Origin: Elusimicrobiota bacterium
Lineage (GTDB): Bacteria > Elusimicrobiota > Elusimicrobia > FEN-1173
Reading direction: 5' to 3'
Assembly (NCBI GenBank): GCA_041917295.1
Contig: JAYRXX010000063.1
Span: 21,583 to 85,582, forward strand
Length of the DNA stretch: 64,000 bases
Both the position numbers and the translations under genes were made by a program. Under the pieces are notes generated by a model that worked only from the letters and a program-made list of their open reading frames with translations, was not told the DNA's origin and made no database searches. This document shows, in pieces, positions 28,018-39,600 of this stretch; the stretch's first letter is position 1, and the number at the start of each line of letters is the position of its first letter.

Positions 28018-31004
28018 GGGACGATGTCCTCCTCCGATTCAATGGAGCCCAGGGCCCGACGTCGCGTGGGTCCGTGGGCCTTTCGGCACGCCCGGGCAAA
28101 CCCGCACAGGGAACAGTGGGAACCCGGCCCATCGGTCGGACGAATCACAAACTCGCCGTTGCGGATTTTTGATAACAGCTCCCCTCGCGCTTTAACGAGA
28201 GCGGGACCGTGTTTGTCCCAATCCTCCGCCGACAAAATGTCGGTTTCCGGTGCGGTCAACGATTCAAACCGAACGCCCCCGCACACCGCCCCGGGGCCCC
28301 ACAGGCCCTGGGCCGACACCATTTCCAAATAGGCGGGAGCTTGGTGAGCCTGACCGGCGGCCACCCGTTTCAGCAACGGCTCTTTCATGATTTTGTTTTT
28401 GTAATCCACCACGGTCCATCGGCCGGTCTGGGAAGAATAATCCACCCGGTCGATGCGTCCGTTCCAAAAAAAATCGGTGCCCGTCATGGGGGCTTTGATA
28501 ACCCACTCCAATTTCTCGGGCCGGGCGCCCTCTTGGATTAAGCGCGCCACGTCACGGCGAACAAAATCCGCCAATCGGCGGGTCACCCGATCGACCACCG
28601 TGCGCCACACCAACGGATAGGGGCCCGCTCCCTCGCCGACCGCGTCGGCAAAAAACGGGCCCGCCTCCTTTTGAAGATGGTCCGCGGCCGTGGCCGGGTC
28701 GGGAATCCCCTGAGCGGCAAAATCCCCATACACCCGATTCAACAAAGCGTGTTGAAGGGACCCCAACGCGGCGGGGAGAGGCCCCTCTTCGTCATAAAAA
28801 GGTCGAGGTTCTCGAATGCTCAACACCTGGGCCATAAAAAACTCGAACGGGCAATTTGCCGCCGTTTCCAACGCGCTCGGGGACAAACCCCGGCGAACGC
28901 ATCGGTCCAAAAAGGCCTCCGGTGCCTCCACGCGACCGTCCCACGGGCCTGGATGGTTCCCTTTAACCAGATGGGTCGCCCGTCGAACCGTTTCGCCCAA
29001 GGAACCCGTTGGATCCCGCCCATCTAAAATGTCCGCCAGGGCCGCTTCCCGGAGGGTCAATGTGTTTGCCGAAACAGACGTCCATTTGGCCAAGGGAGGA
29101 CGGGGTACCCGTTCGGCCTCGTCCACGTCGAGACCCAGAGCGCTCGCCAGGGTTCGCAGATACAAAGACGGAATTTCTGTCCGTCCTTCTTCTCCGGACC
29201 GGGAATAGACCAAATACAACCGCTCTTGAGCCGACGAAATTAACAGGGTGAACAACAGTTTTTCTTCATCGTGCCCTTCCCGTTTAGGCAAAATCCAATA
29301 TCCACCCGGGTCCCGCAAAAACCGTCGGGCGTCGTCGTTCAACAAGGGATCTTCCCGAATCACCCGGGGAAACACGCCTTCCTTCAGGCCAATCAAAAAC
29401 AAAACCCGGAAAGATTCTCCCCGGGCGTCCATGGCGCCCATGACCCGAACGCCCTGGACCGGCCCCGTCCCGTCGGCCCGGGCTTGACGCAGGGCCTCTG
29501 AAAAGGCCGAAACAAATTCGTCATTCTTTACCGGAGGCGAAAACCGATCCAATTCCGCTAAAGAATCAAGTGTTCGCGACACGGGATCCAGCGTATCCAG
29601 AACCGACGGATCCACCAGCCTTTGCCACTGTTCGCGAAGGGCATCGGCGTGGGCTTTCCACGATCGTTCCCCCTCATCAAAATCAAGCCCGGCTGACCCC
29701 TTGGAAGCCCCCCCGACTTGAAGAAACAATTCGGCAAGCGCCGGAATTTTTTGAGCGGCGGGCGCAAGAAGATGGTTGAACCCCGCCCGGGGCCCCGCCG
29801 TGATCAAATAGCTTCGGGCTTCCCGAACAGCCGCGGAGGTAAAGAGATCGGCCCGAAGGAGCGGAGAGGACAACAAATCAAGCAAAACGGTGCGATCGTG
29901 GCCGTGAGTCCGAACCCCCGCCAGGTTTAAAGCAAACCGAGCCGCGGGTTTGGCCAACAGGGGTCCCCCGTCAGTCAGAGAAAATGGGATCCCATGGGCG
30001 AAGAAAATTTCATGAACCAACCCGGTGTAATTTTCCACCCCGCGCGCCACCACGCCCATGTGGTTCCAATCCACAGGATTGGATCCTTCCCGCAACGTCA
30101 GGATTTCTTTGGCCACGCGCCAAACTTCGTCCCGTTCTCCGGAGACATTCAAAATGCGGACATTTCCCTCCCCCTGTTGCGTTAAGAACCCCGGATCGAA
30201 AATACGATCTGCCAGGACACCCAACACCCGCGGTTCGCGGGACGTTCCACTTTGAATTCGGGCCCCCCCCCACGGAATGTTGACGTCCAAAAATCGCTCG
30301 GCAAACGACCACCCCGGGCTCCCCTTGACGCAGGGGAAAAAAAGCGTGACCGGAGCCGATTGGGCCATAGCCCGGAAAAAATCCGACTGGGCCCCGTTTA
30401 AATCGTAAAACCCGTAGTAGAGGAATTCGTCGTAGACAGACAAGAGGGCCGGGTCGGATTCCACGGCGATCGCGGCCCGACGGGCCACATCGGCGGACCC
30501 CGCTACGTTCGCTTGGTCCAACCGGGCCCGATAGGCGTCGGCCATGTCAATCAACCGGTCCAGTTTTTCTTTGCCGGAAAAATTCAAATCAGAGAAATGC
30601 TCGCGGAAATGGCTACCCACCACGCCCGCTTCCACCAAATCCCGCAACGTGGACCGATACGCTCCCGCCAGTGCCCGGGCCCGCTCGGAACCCATTTGAT
30701 ATTCTTTCAACAAAATCCGTTCCACAACCCGTTCATGAAAAAGGTCGTCGTTGATCACGGTCGGCAACGGTCCACCGGCCAACCGCAACACATCCAACGC
30801 CAAGCTGTTTAAAGTATGGAACCGAATGTTGAACAAAGAAAGGCCCCGCTCGGCCGACAACAACCGCTGGAGTCGTTCGGCCATCCGCTGAGACGCCGTG
30901 ACCACCGCCACCCGCCGCCCTGGTCCCGGGGGGGTTGTTGTCAGATAGGAAACGAAGGATTCTTCAAGATAAGAAAACGAACCCACCTGAAGGGAAAGGG
31001 ACAT
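28014..31004 (-). CDS. addB: helicase/nuclease subunit B-like (inactivated helicase + RecB-type nuclease with Fe-S cluster)
   Basis: Nuclease motif GRIDRVDYSSQTGRWTVVDYKNK. C-terminal Cys cluster ...NCPFEF... and CSLCGFARAC (C-x2-C-x5-C), typical of the AddB iron-staple. Confidence 0.75.
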   Translation of the reverse strand: MSLSLQVGSFSYLEESFVSYLTTTPPGPGRRVAVVTASQRMAERLQRLLSAERGLSLFNIRFHTLNSLALDVLRLAGGPLPTVINDDLFHERVVERILLKEYQMGSERARALAGAYRSTLRDLVEAGVVGSHFREHFSDLNFSGKEKLDRLIDMADAYRARLDQANVAGSADVARRAAIAVESDPALLSVYDEFLYYGFYDLNGAQSDFFRAMAQSAPVTLFFPCVKGSPGWSFAERFLDVNIPWGGARIQSGTSREPRVLGVLADRIFDPGFLTQQGEGNVRILNVSGERDEVWRVAKEILTLREGSNPVDWNHMGVVARGVENYTGLVHEIFFAHGIPFSLTDGGPLLAKPAARFALNLAGVRTHGHDRTVLLDLLSSPLLRADLFTSAAVREARSYLITAGPRAGFNHLLAPAAQKIPALAELFLQVGGASKGSAGLDFDEGERSWKAHADALREQWQRLVDPSVLDTLDPVSRTLDSLAELDRFSPPVKNDEFVSAFSEALRQARADGTGPVQGVRVMGAMDARGESFRVLFLIGLKEGVFPRVIREDPLLNDDARRFLRDPGGYWILPKREGHDEEKLLFTLLISSAQERLYLVYSRSGEEGRTEIPSLYLRTLASALGLDVDEAERVPRPPLAKWTSVSANTLTLREAALADILDGRDPTGSLGETVRRATHLVKGNHPGPWDGRVEAPEAFLDRCVRRGLSPSALETAANCPFEFFMAQVLSIREPRPFYDEEGPLPAALGSLQHALLNRVYGDFAAQGIPDPATAADHLQKEAGPFFADAVGEGAGPYPLVWRTVVDRVTRRLADFVRRDVARLIQEGARPEKLEWVIKAPMTGTDFFWNGRIDRVDYSSQTGRWTVVDYKNKIMKEPLLKRVAAGQAHQAPAYLEMVSAQGLWGPGAVCGGVRFESLTAPETDILSAEDWDKHGPALVKARGELLSKIRNGEFVIRPTDGPGSHCSLCGFARACRKAHGPTRRRALGSIESEEDIVP

Positions 31005-31050
31005 ACGATGATTATAAAACTTCGATTAATTTATTTCAGAAGTCTCTCTA

Positions 31051-31965
31051 TCAGGCGGCGCCGGTGGCGGGCAAGCGGGATTCGGAGCTGGAGGAACGCA
31101 CTTCGGTCGTCAGCGTTGCTTCCAGATCGGAAAAAGAGGCCCCCGCTTTGTAGGAAAATCCGATCCGGACAACGTCCCCCAGCCCGACGGGGAAGGCTTT
31201 CGGCAGCGGTAAGATCAAATAGTGGCTGTGCCAATCAATGGTTTTTTTTGTTTCGGACACAACCGCCAGGATGTTTTTCGTAATAAACCGGAGGGCATTC
31301 AGGGCCCCTTCTTTTTCAATCTCAATTTCGCCGCTCCAATCGCAGCGGGCCGGGATGGAGTCTTTGTACGTATGCAACTGATACACTTTCGGCATCCCCA
31401 ACTCCCGTGTTTTTTCGTGCAAAACATTGGGATTTTGAAGAATAGGGATCGGGGCGTAATACCCATCGAAGGTAAAATCGTGTTCCACCGGTTGCACGGC
31501 CTGGATAAAGGCCTCGGGAACAAACTGGGGCAACGGGTTCCCAAACCGAGCCAGATATCGTTCTTTAAATGAATTGAGAATAGGAATTTGTTTTTCCCTC
31601 AACATGGCCACATGGATCATTTCACAGATCACCACGTCCACGGGTTCCGGGGGCAGGTATTTGAACGCGTCCGCTTTGATCACCTTTATTTTATTGCCGC
31701 ACTCGTTCATTGAAAGGATCTGTCTTGCTTTCGACACGAGTTCCGGATTGCGCTCAACGCACCACACTTTTCCGGCTTTGAGTCCCGCGAAATAGGAAAG
31801 AACCCCGGTTCCACCACCCAATTCCAAGACCTTCCCCCCCAGCGGAACCAAATAATCAATAGCGGTTTTAAACCCGCGCATGCGGGTGACGTCGCTGAGC
31901 ATGTTGTGATGGTAGTGCAGGGGGATAAACTGCCCCAGCACCGAGGAGTCGTCCGCTCGAACCAT
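31051..31965 (-). CDS. PRMT-like (protein arginine N-methyltransferase fold) class I SAM-dependent methyltransferase
   Basis: Motif I VLELGGGTGVLS, post-I VDVVICEMIHVAMLREKQ (PRMT double-E-loop-like), and an N-terminal ...HHNMLSDVTRMRGFKTAI pre-motif. GC is lower than in flanking core genes. Confidence 0.6.
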   Translation of the reverse strand: MVRADDSSVLGQFIPLHYHHNMLSDVTRMRGFKTAIDYLVPLGGKVLELGGGTGVLSYFAGLKAGKVWCVERNPELVSKARQILSMNECGNKIKVIKADAFKYLPPEPVDVVICEMIHVAMLREKQIPILNSFKERYLARFGNPLPQFVPEAFIQAVQPVEHDFTFDGYYAPIPILQNPNVLHEKTRELGMPKVYQLHTYKDSIPARCDWSGEIEIEKEGALNALRFITKNILAVVSETKKTIDWHSHYLILPLPKAFPVGLGDVVRIGFSYKAGASFSDLEATLTTEVRSSSSESRLPATGAA

Positions 31966-32090
31966 GCGAGCCTTCTTTACTTAAGTTGGGGACACGGCCA
32001 AACCGCTTCCGGGACCCAACGTAAGTATCGGACGAATTGGGAATTTCTTAACGGAGAGAAAAATAAAAATGGCAAAAACGTTGCTTGTAT

Positions 32091-32099
32091 GTGAAACAA
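32091..32099. repeat. target-site duplication, left copy (GTGAAACAA)
   Basis: Identical 9-mer directly flanks both IS ends. Confidence 0.6.
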
Positions 32100-33387
32100 C
32101 ACACCTGTCCGGGGAAAAAATAAGGGAATCCCCCGTTATTGGTAAAATGATTGTGCGAACAATTCATTTTATCGACGGAGGATTCCCGTGGCCCATTATA
32201 ACACGATTTTAAATCAGTTGCTGTTCCATGTCCCCCGACATCAATTCGACCGACTGGTCGAAACCCACCAAGCGGACCGCTACGCGAAAACGTTTAGCAC
32301 CTGGAACCAGCTAACGGTGATGCTCTATGCCCAATCGAGCGGTAAAGAGAGCTTGCGTGAAATTGAACAAGGACTGGAAACCCAAGAGAGCAAAACCTAT
32401 CACGTGGGATTGGCAGGGCCTGTTCGGCGGACGACGTTGGCGGATGCCAACGGGCGGCGAAAGTGGGAAATATTCAGGGGAGTGTTCGGAGAGTTATTGA
32501 CCCGGTGCCGATCGGTGACGCCAAAGCACAAATTTCGGTTTAAAAACCCACTGTATAGCATTGACTCGACGGTCATCAGCCTATGTTTGAGCCTTTTCCC
32601 CTGGGCGCGGTATCGAACGGCGAAGGGGGGCCTGAAACTTCATTACCAGCTGGATTACGCGGGCCATATCCCGAGCTTAATGGTGATCACAGAGGGTCGA
32701 GAAAATGATGTGTCCGTGGCGAAAAAGGATATACCGATTGAACCGGACAGCATCTATTGCTTTGATCGGGGGTATGTGGACTTCGGGTATTTCCGACGGT
32801 TGGAGAATATGGGGTGCACGTTCGTGACACGGGTGAAAAAGAACCTGTCCTATTGGGTTACCGGACAGCAGGAATGCTTGAAAAACCGCGGTGTTTTGAT
32901 GGACGCGACGATTGAGCGAGGGCAGGGGGAGTATGTGGGCAAGGATTGCCCGCTACGGCTGATCCGTTACTACGATAAGGAGAACGATCGGACGCTGGAG
33001 TTCCTGACCAACAACATGACGTTTGCAGCAACGACGATTGCGGAGATCTACAAAGCCCGCTGGCAGATCGAGGCATTCTTCAAGTGGATCAAGCAGAACT
33101 TGAAGATCAAGACGTTCCTTGGCACGACGGAAAACGCGGTGCTAAGCCAGATCTGGGTGGCGATGATTTATTACTTGTTGTTGGCTTACATCAAATATCA
33201 AACCAAATACGGCCGTTCGCTGTTCTATTTGCACCGGGTGATTAAGGAGACCTTGTTGGATCGGATCTCCCTGATGGATCTTCTCAACTTAAACGAAGCC
33301 AGGCTTAAAAGATTGAAGCGACTTGACCCGCAACTCCATTTTTCCTTTATCGCCACCTAATTTCCAAACTTTCCCCGGACAGCTGTG
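32100..33387 (+). mobile_element. intact IS4-family insertion sequence (1288 bp)
   Basis: 18-bp terminal inverted repeats CACACCTGTCCGGGGAAA (32100-32117) and reverse-complement CACAGCTGTCCGGGGAAA (33370-33387), 17/18 identical, starting with CA. 9-bp direct repeats flank it. A single DDE transposase ORF lies inside. GC is ~50%. Confidence 0.75.
32188..33360 (+). CDS. IS4-family DDE transposase
   Basis: 390 aa. N-terminal DUF4372-like region and a DDE domain with CFDRGYVDFGYF and ...YKARWQIEAFFKWIKQNLKIK (the YREK-like IS4 signature). Confidence 0.85.
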   Translation: MAHYNTILNQLLFHVPRHQFDRLVETHQADRYAKTFSTWNQLTVMLYAQSSGKESLREIEQGLETQESKTYHVGLAGPVRRTTLADANGRRKWEIFRGVFGELLTRCRSVTPKHKFRFKNPLYSIDSTVISLCLSLFPWARYRTAKGGLKLHYQLDYAGHIPSLMVITEGRENDVSVAKKDIPIEPDSIYCFDRGYVDFGYFRRLENMGCTFVTRVKKNLSYWVTGQQECLKNRGVLMDATIERGQGEYVGKDCPLRLIRYYDKENDRTLEFLTNNMTFAATTIAEIYKARWQIEAFFKWIKQNLKIKTFLGTTENAVLSQIWVAMIYYLLLAYIKYQTKYGRSLFYLHRVIKETLLDRISLMDLLNLNEARLKRLKRLDPQLHFSFIAT

Positions 33388-33396
33388 GTGAAACAA
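33388..33396. repeat. target-site duplication, right copy (GTGAAACAA)
   Basis: See the left copy. Confidence 0.6.
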
Positions 33397-33562
33397 TAGT
33401 TTACAAAAGATTTACAAGTTGTTAAGGCGAAATTAACTTGGTTCAGTTACAATATCCTCGTTAAAATTGTTTCACCTATTTTCCAAAGATAATTAATGGC
33501 TTATTTGCTTATGTCAATGCGCTACTGCATAGTTATACAGGAACGAAAGGCATTTCCATGCC

Positions 33563-33600
33563 CGTCATTCCGGCGTGGGGTTAGCCGGAATCCAGTCGTT
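33563..33600. repeat. short palindromic element, copy 2 (REP-like), just upstream of the giant gene
   Basis: CGTCATTCCGGCGTGGGGTTAGCCGGAATCCAGTCGTT. Shares the CGTCAT(C/T)CCGGC...GCCGG(G/A)ATCCAGTC(A/G)TT frame with 18183-18215. Confidence 0.35.
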
Positions 33601-33620
33601 TCTGTCTTGAGGGGGCCACA

Positions 33621-36600
33621 GTGATGTCGTTATTCTTTTCGGTTTCCGGGATTCGCAGGCGTTGGTCGGTCTTCGCGCTCAGTGTGATATTTTTTGGGTC
33701 CAATGTCCTTGCCGTCCATGCGGGAGAGGCCAGTTTTTGGGCGGAGCGTCGCAATGTCTCCCGACGAATGCATGGGGTGGAAGCAAAATCCGGGGCCACC
33801 GGGTTCGGGCTGACGGCGGAACAGTATCAGACCCTGACCCAACTGCCGAAGGCTGGCCAGTTGAACCCCGGCAGCATTCAGGGCGGTTCATCCGTCGGCT
33901 CTGGACGGGCAGTGTCCCCCCCTGTTTCGAACGTCTTTCGACCTTTTGAACACCCGACCCTTTTGGGTGACACCCCCACGTGGGTGTCACAGCTTATCCT
34001 CCCTTACGGGTCCATCCTTGAGGCGCATCTCGCCAAAAAAACCAACGCGCCCTTCATCGTCCACATCCAGGACGCCCACGGGATCGAGGAAGCCCAAAAG
34101 AACATGGCGGCCATGATCGAGGGGCTGAGCGAAAACCGCGGGGTGAGCCTGGTCGGGGTTGAAGCCGCCCAGGGCCCTTTCAACATGGGACCCTACCGGG
34201 ACTGGCCGGACGCAAATGTGACCCGTGACGTGGCCACCTATTTCCTCAAAGATGGCACAATCGGCGGAGCGGAATTCGCCGGGATCACCGCCCCCAAGCC
34301 TCTGACACTTTGGGGGATCGAGGATACAGACCTTTACCTCGCTAACGTTCATGCCTTAATAGACGCCAACAAGCTGAAACCGGAACTAACAAAAGCCTTA
34401 GCCGGTATCAAAAGGTCCGTTTCTTCCCTCAAGGAAACGATTTATTCCAAGGAACTGAAAGACTTTGACAAGCATTTCCAGGCCTATCAAGACCAACGGG
34501 AAGGGCTGGGAGCCTATGTCCGATTTTTAACGGCCGGATCACTGTCAAACAAAAAGGGGTTGCCGAACCTCCACCTTCTGGTCAAGGCTCTCATGGCCGA
34601 AGAGGCCCTGGACTTCAAGCAAGTGGAGAAAGAACGGCTCAAGCTGGTGGAAAGGCTGGCCCTTCGCCTTGCCAAGGATAAGCTGGACCTCCTTGTGCAA
34701 AAGAGCTTCCAATACCGCGCCGGTCAAATTGGCTACGGCGATTATCATCGGTTTCTAAAATCTCTGTGCCGTGAAAACGGGATCTCCCTGGGCGACCTGA
34801 ACCAACTGGACAATTATATCGAATACGTCCTCCTGGCAGACAAGATTGACCGAAACAACCTATTGAACGAGTTGACCCGCGCCGAAAAGGCCTCTCAAGA
34901 CCGGCTGGCGATCACGTCCGAACAAAAAAAACTACTGGCCGTCGCTCGGCGCCTGGCCCTCCTTGAAAAACTCTCGACCCACACCATGACGCCAGACGAT
35001 TGGGCGGCCTTCGAGAAAGAAAGAGAACATATTCTGACCATCGCCTCCGACCTTGCCACCCTTTCCGGCGAAGAACAGGCGCTACCCCTTGACACCCTGG
35101 CCGGTCTGATCAGTCCGTCAGAAAGTTTTTGCCGTTTTGCCATCGACCGCAACGCCGCTTTCATTGACAACCTTTCCGCCCAAATGGAAATGAAAAAAGC
35201 ATCCTCGGCAGTCCTCGTAGCCGGAGGCTTCCATTCCGACGGCCTAACCCGCCTTCTCCGGGAAAGAGACTTATCATATGTGGTGGTCACCCCCAAAATC
35301 AGCGAAGTCCCCAAAGAGAATAATTACTTGGATGTATTTGCCCGTGACCCATTGCCCCTAGAAAAACTGTTCGCGGGGGAAAAGATTTCGTTAAACAGCG
35401 CTAGGCTGTCCGGTGGAACGATGAGGGGGTTTGAGGGCCCGGCGTCCGCTTTTCGGCGCGAAGGGGTGGCCACCATGGCCGCCACGGCTTCTCTTGAACC
35501 GAACGTGGATCACACAGCTCTCAGTCGGACGGCGGAGAGCACCGCGGCGGAGCTTAGCGCACCCATGTCGATCAAGATTTCCGGCAGTTCCAACCGTACG
35601 TGGACAACCATCGACACCAATGGGGACGGTCAAGTCGACCTGAAAATGATAGCGACTCCTTCGGGACGTTCGCTGCCGCCGCAGGAAGATTCCCCTCCCT
35701 TGTCAACAGTGGAGATCGACGGCCGCGCCAAAATTACCTTTCACCAAATCCGTCCAGGTTTATTCAAAAAAGTTTGGGCTTCGATCCGGAAAATATTTCC
35801 CATCCGCAGTCCGGTGAACAGCCGTGGTGGGGTCGAACAAACACCTACATCGAACACCGCTTTCCCCATCCTTCATGTCCCCCAGGGGGGCCTGATTGGG
35901 AAGTTTCGTCTTTTGTCCGACCCTCAATGGGATCCCGCTTCAAAAACTGTCTCTTTTGTGGGGCAAGACATTGAAAACCCGGGCAAACCACCCGAAACAA
36001 TTCGCCTTGAGGCTGAAATCGTTGATCGAGAGGAATGGGCCGACCGCCTTTATTCGAGTCTATCTGGTAGGGAAAACGACTTGGTGACTGAGATCATGGA
36101 TTGGTTTCAAGACGCTTTCCATGGTCCATTGATCGTTTTAAGAGACAATCCCATCACCCAAGGCATAGGGACCCAGGTGGGAGAGCAAGGCGGATTCGTA
36201 GCCGTTTCTGAACGCTACGCTAATAATCACATCGCTTGGTTTCACGAGATTGCGGAAGCCATGGCCCCGAATGCCGATGAAATCCTCTCACGACTTTCCC
36301 CAAACTCACAGGCCTGGTACAAGGCCCATATGTCCAAACCGGGCCGACAGGGTATGGAACGGCACTACGCCATCCGGGCTCTCCAACGTGAAGTATTTCG
36401 GCAATCTGACTTAAGTTTGACCTATGAAATCAAGGGCCGATTGTCCGCCACGGATATCTCGAAAAAACTCAGTTCGGCCAAATTAAAAAAAGGGTTTGTC
36501 GTTCGGAATGAGTTTTCCCGGCAACGCTCTTCGCAGAACAGCCGGGAGGGTGAAATATCTTTATTGGAAGATCTGATCAAGACCCAGAGGAAGGCCGAGG

Positions 36601-39600
36601 AAGAAGAAATTGAAAGACAACGGATTGAACAAGAAGAGATCGAACGGCGCCATGCCGAAGAAACAGCTGTAAGGGTTAAAATTCGATCTCTTCTCGATCG
36701 AGCAAAGGGGATTATCGAAGCCCCCTTGGCTTCGGATTTGGCGCACGAACACCGGTTAATAGAAAAAGACAAGGCCGCCCTCGCCGCCGTTTCCGTTCTT
36801 CGGCCGTTATTCGAAATGAATCCCGAATGGGTGGCGGAGGCACTGGTTGAAGATTTGATGGCTGGTGGCGCAACGCCGGCGGACCTCTATTCCCTCATGG
36901 GGAAAGACTCATTTGGGGTATACCTTGCGAAGAATGTTGTCCCCCAGTTGGGAGAGAGGGCCTTATCGCAAACATTATTAAAGCTGATGGAGAAACGATC
37001 GACATTGCAATGGAATAGACGAGCATTCAAAGCCCACGCTGCCGTCGTCACCCTTTTCGTCGACCATGCGCCAAGACTGGGGGAACGTGTAACCGCTGAG
37101 GTCGCCGGGCCGCTTCTCATGGCCCTACGAAAGGAATTTAGGGCTCGGCCGTACACGCGCTTGAGTTTTGTTCAAGGCATTCCTGATTACAGGAGATACT
37201 TCGACGTGGATGGAGACGTGGTCTTCTTTAAAGACGACTTCTTGAATAGATTGCTGGTGCGAGACATGGGAGCCCGCCGGAACCTACACACGCTGTACCA
37301 TGAGGCCATTCGCGAACAGGAATATTTGTCAAGTTTAACCGACAACTTGCTGTCAAAGGACACCGAGGGGCATCTTTTTAACGCCCTCCTTTCAGCGCTC
37401 CATCAAGAGGGAAACCCGCTCGTGCGTGCTCATTTGGAGAGTAGTCTGATCCGCGCCTGGAGAACCACCCTCCCCTCCGCGCATGAGAGGTTATTAAACC
37501 TTGTCAAGGAGATTCAAGCAACACATCACAATGGCGATGAGAGATTAAAAGAAGACGCGATAGGACGCTTGTTAATGATCGCACACAAAGATGGTTGGGA
37601 TTCTGGAATTTCCTCTGACATTCTTTTTTCAATGGCCATGGATGGCTTGCCGGGATTATTCGAAGCGGTTCGATCCCAATCTTCGGAAATAGACAAAATG
37701 CCTCGCGGTATTGAAAGGGATATGGCAAACAGGCAAATGGGAGAGACGATGACGGCGGTGAAAAAGAGACTCGCCATTTTGTGGAGGGTGGCTTTAAGCG
37801 CGACGTCCCAATCATCCGTTCCGGCATCGATCTCCGTGGCGGGACGAGCCATGGCTTACCTTGTTGAAGTGGCGCAAATGGAAGGGGACATCGCCATCCG
37901 GTCCGAAACCATCGCTCTCCTTGGGATCGCGGTCGAAAAAGGTTACCCAGCCGCGGTTCGTGCGTTCCTTCCCTCAATACAGCCGTCTTCCCAACAATTC
38001 GAAAACCTTTTTTATGACAACCCCAGTGATGAGGTCATTCTTAACGCCCTACGGTCAAAGGCCATGTCTGTTCGTCTGGGGTTCCTCTTATTGCGTCGAT
38101 ACAAAAATGATCCAAGCCGCGCGGGGTTGCTGAAAGCCATCGTATTGGATAGGAAAACAAACGAGGGGGATTCCTTGGGCATTAATGCCCAAATTCGTTT
38201 CTATGCCTTTGCGCTCTACGGCAGTCAGTATTTGAAAACAACGAATGAAGATGGGATAACCTCTTCTTACGACGAGAATCAATTTCAAGAAATGGCCGGT
38301 GCGCTTGCGCCGCATGCACACGGTTTTATCGGGACCGCCATCGATGATTCAATACTCATCGACCGGCTGTTTGATGGTTGGCCTGGGCAGGACGAAGAGT
38401 TGGGAGCGTACGCAATCGCCACGGTCCTTGATGCCTTTCATGGGAATTTGACCGGTTTGAAAGCGAAGGGTTTTGTGGCGGTGGCAGAGAGAGTGGTTAA
38501 CGCCCGCGCCAGCTCCTATCTAAATAATGCCTATGATGATCTCTCGTTCGGAGGTCACTTTCTCCGAAGAGCTCAAAACCCCGTTCAATTCTTTTTTCAA
38601 GTAATGGTCCACGAACTCACGCACATCTTGTTGAAGAACCAACATGATTATTTGGCGGGGGAATTAGTCGGTGGGACGATTCATGAATGGTTGGCTGATT
38701 TGGCCGCGGAGGATTTTTCCAGGAGAAGGGGTTTATCCCTGGAGGATTACCGAGATATCTTAGGGTTTGATAGGGATTTATCATTTGTTGAAGAGGATTC
38801 GTTCCATACCATTGAGGTTCATGAGGGTGCACGGGCCCAGCAGTTGCTGATTGCAGGGTGGCTTTCGGAAAACGGTCTCACGCTTGATCCGTCAAAAATG
38901 GTTCGTGCGGCATTGGATGTTCTACCGGGAACGTCGGGCGATGACCTGGACGTTGTGGTAAGAAAGGTCCTTGAGAGGTTTGCGGGACGTCCGCTGGAGG
39001 ACTCAGAAACAGCGGGGATGAATCGTATGTTTCTGTCTTTGTTTGATTATAGATTCGATGAATTTATTGAGGGGAAGTATCGGCAAAGAATTCTTTCTTT
39101 GCCCGTTTTGCGTGAAATATTGAGCCCCTTGTTGGATGGGTTGGCCACCTCTCTTCAATCGGTGTTCCCTTCCGGACAGGAGGAAGGGGTTTTGGCGGAG
39201 GCGACCGCTCGCTCCCTGGCCGGAGCCGGCCTATGGACCGGGGGCCTCTTTCCATTGTTATCCCTGGGAACCAAAAACGTTTTGGACGCTGTCGCGAAGA
39301 GCCTTGCGGCATGGGGATTGGAACCAATAAAAGACATGAGTCCACGACTTTGGCCGCAAATGATTCAGGAGGCGATGGCGGGGGGACTTCAGTTAGAGCT
39401 GATACAATCCATCGTGGGCGCCCTGGCGAGGGACGGATTCATGGAAGAGCGTGCGTGGACTGCGAAGGAAAACGCCGCTCTTGAGAAGGTCCAAAGACGA
39501 TTGGCGTCGGACCTCCCGGGGGTTCGCGCCATTGAGTATGTGCGACTGGGATTTGGCAAAAAGGCCGTGGATCCCTCCACGGGGGCCGAAGTATCATTGG

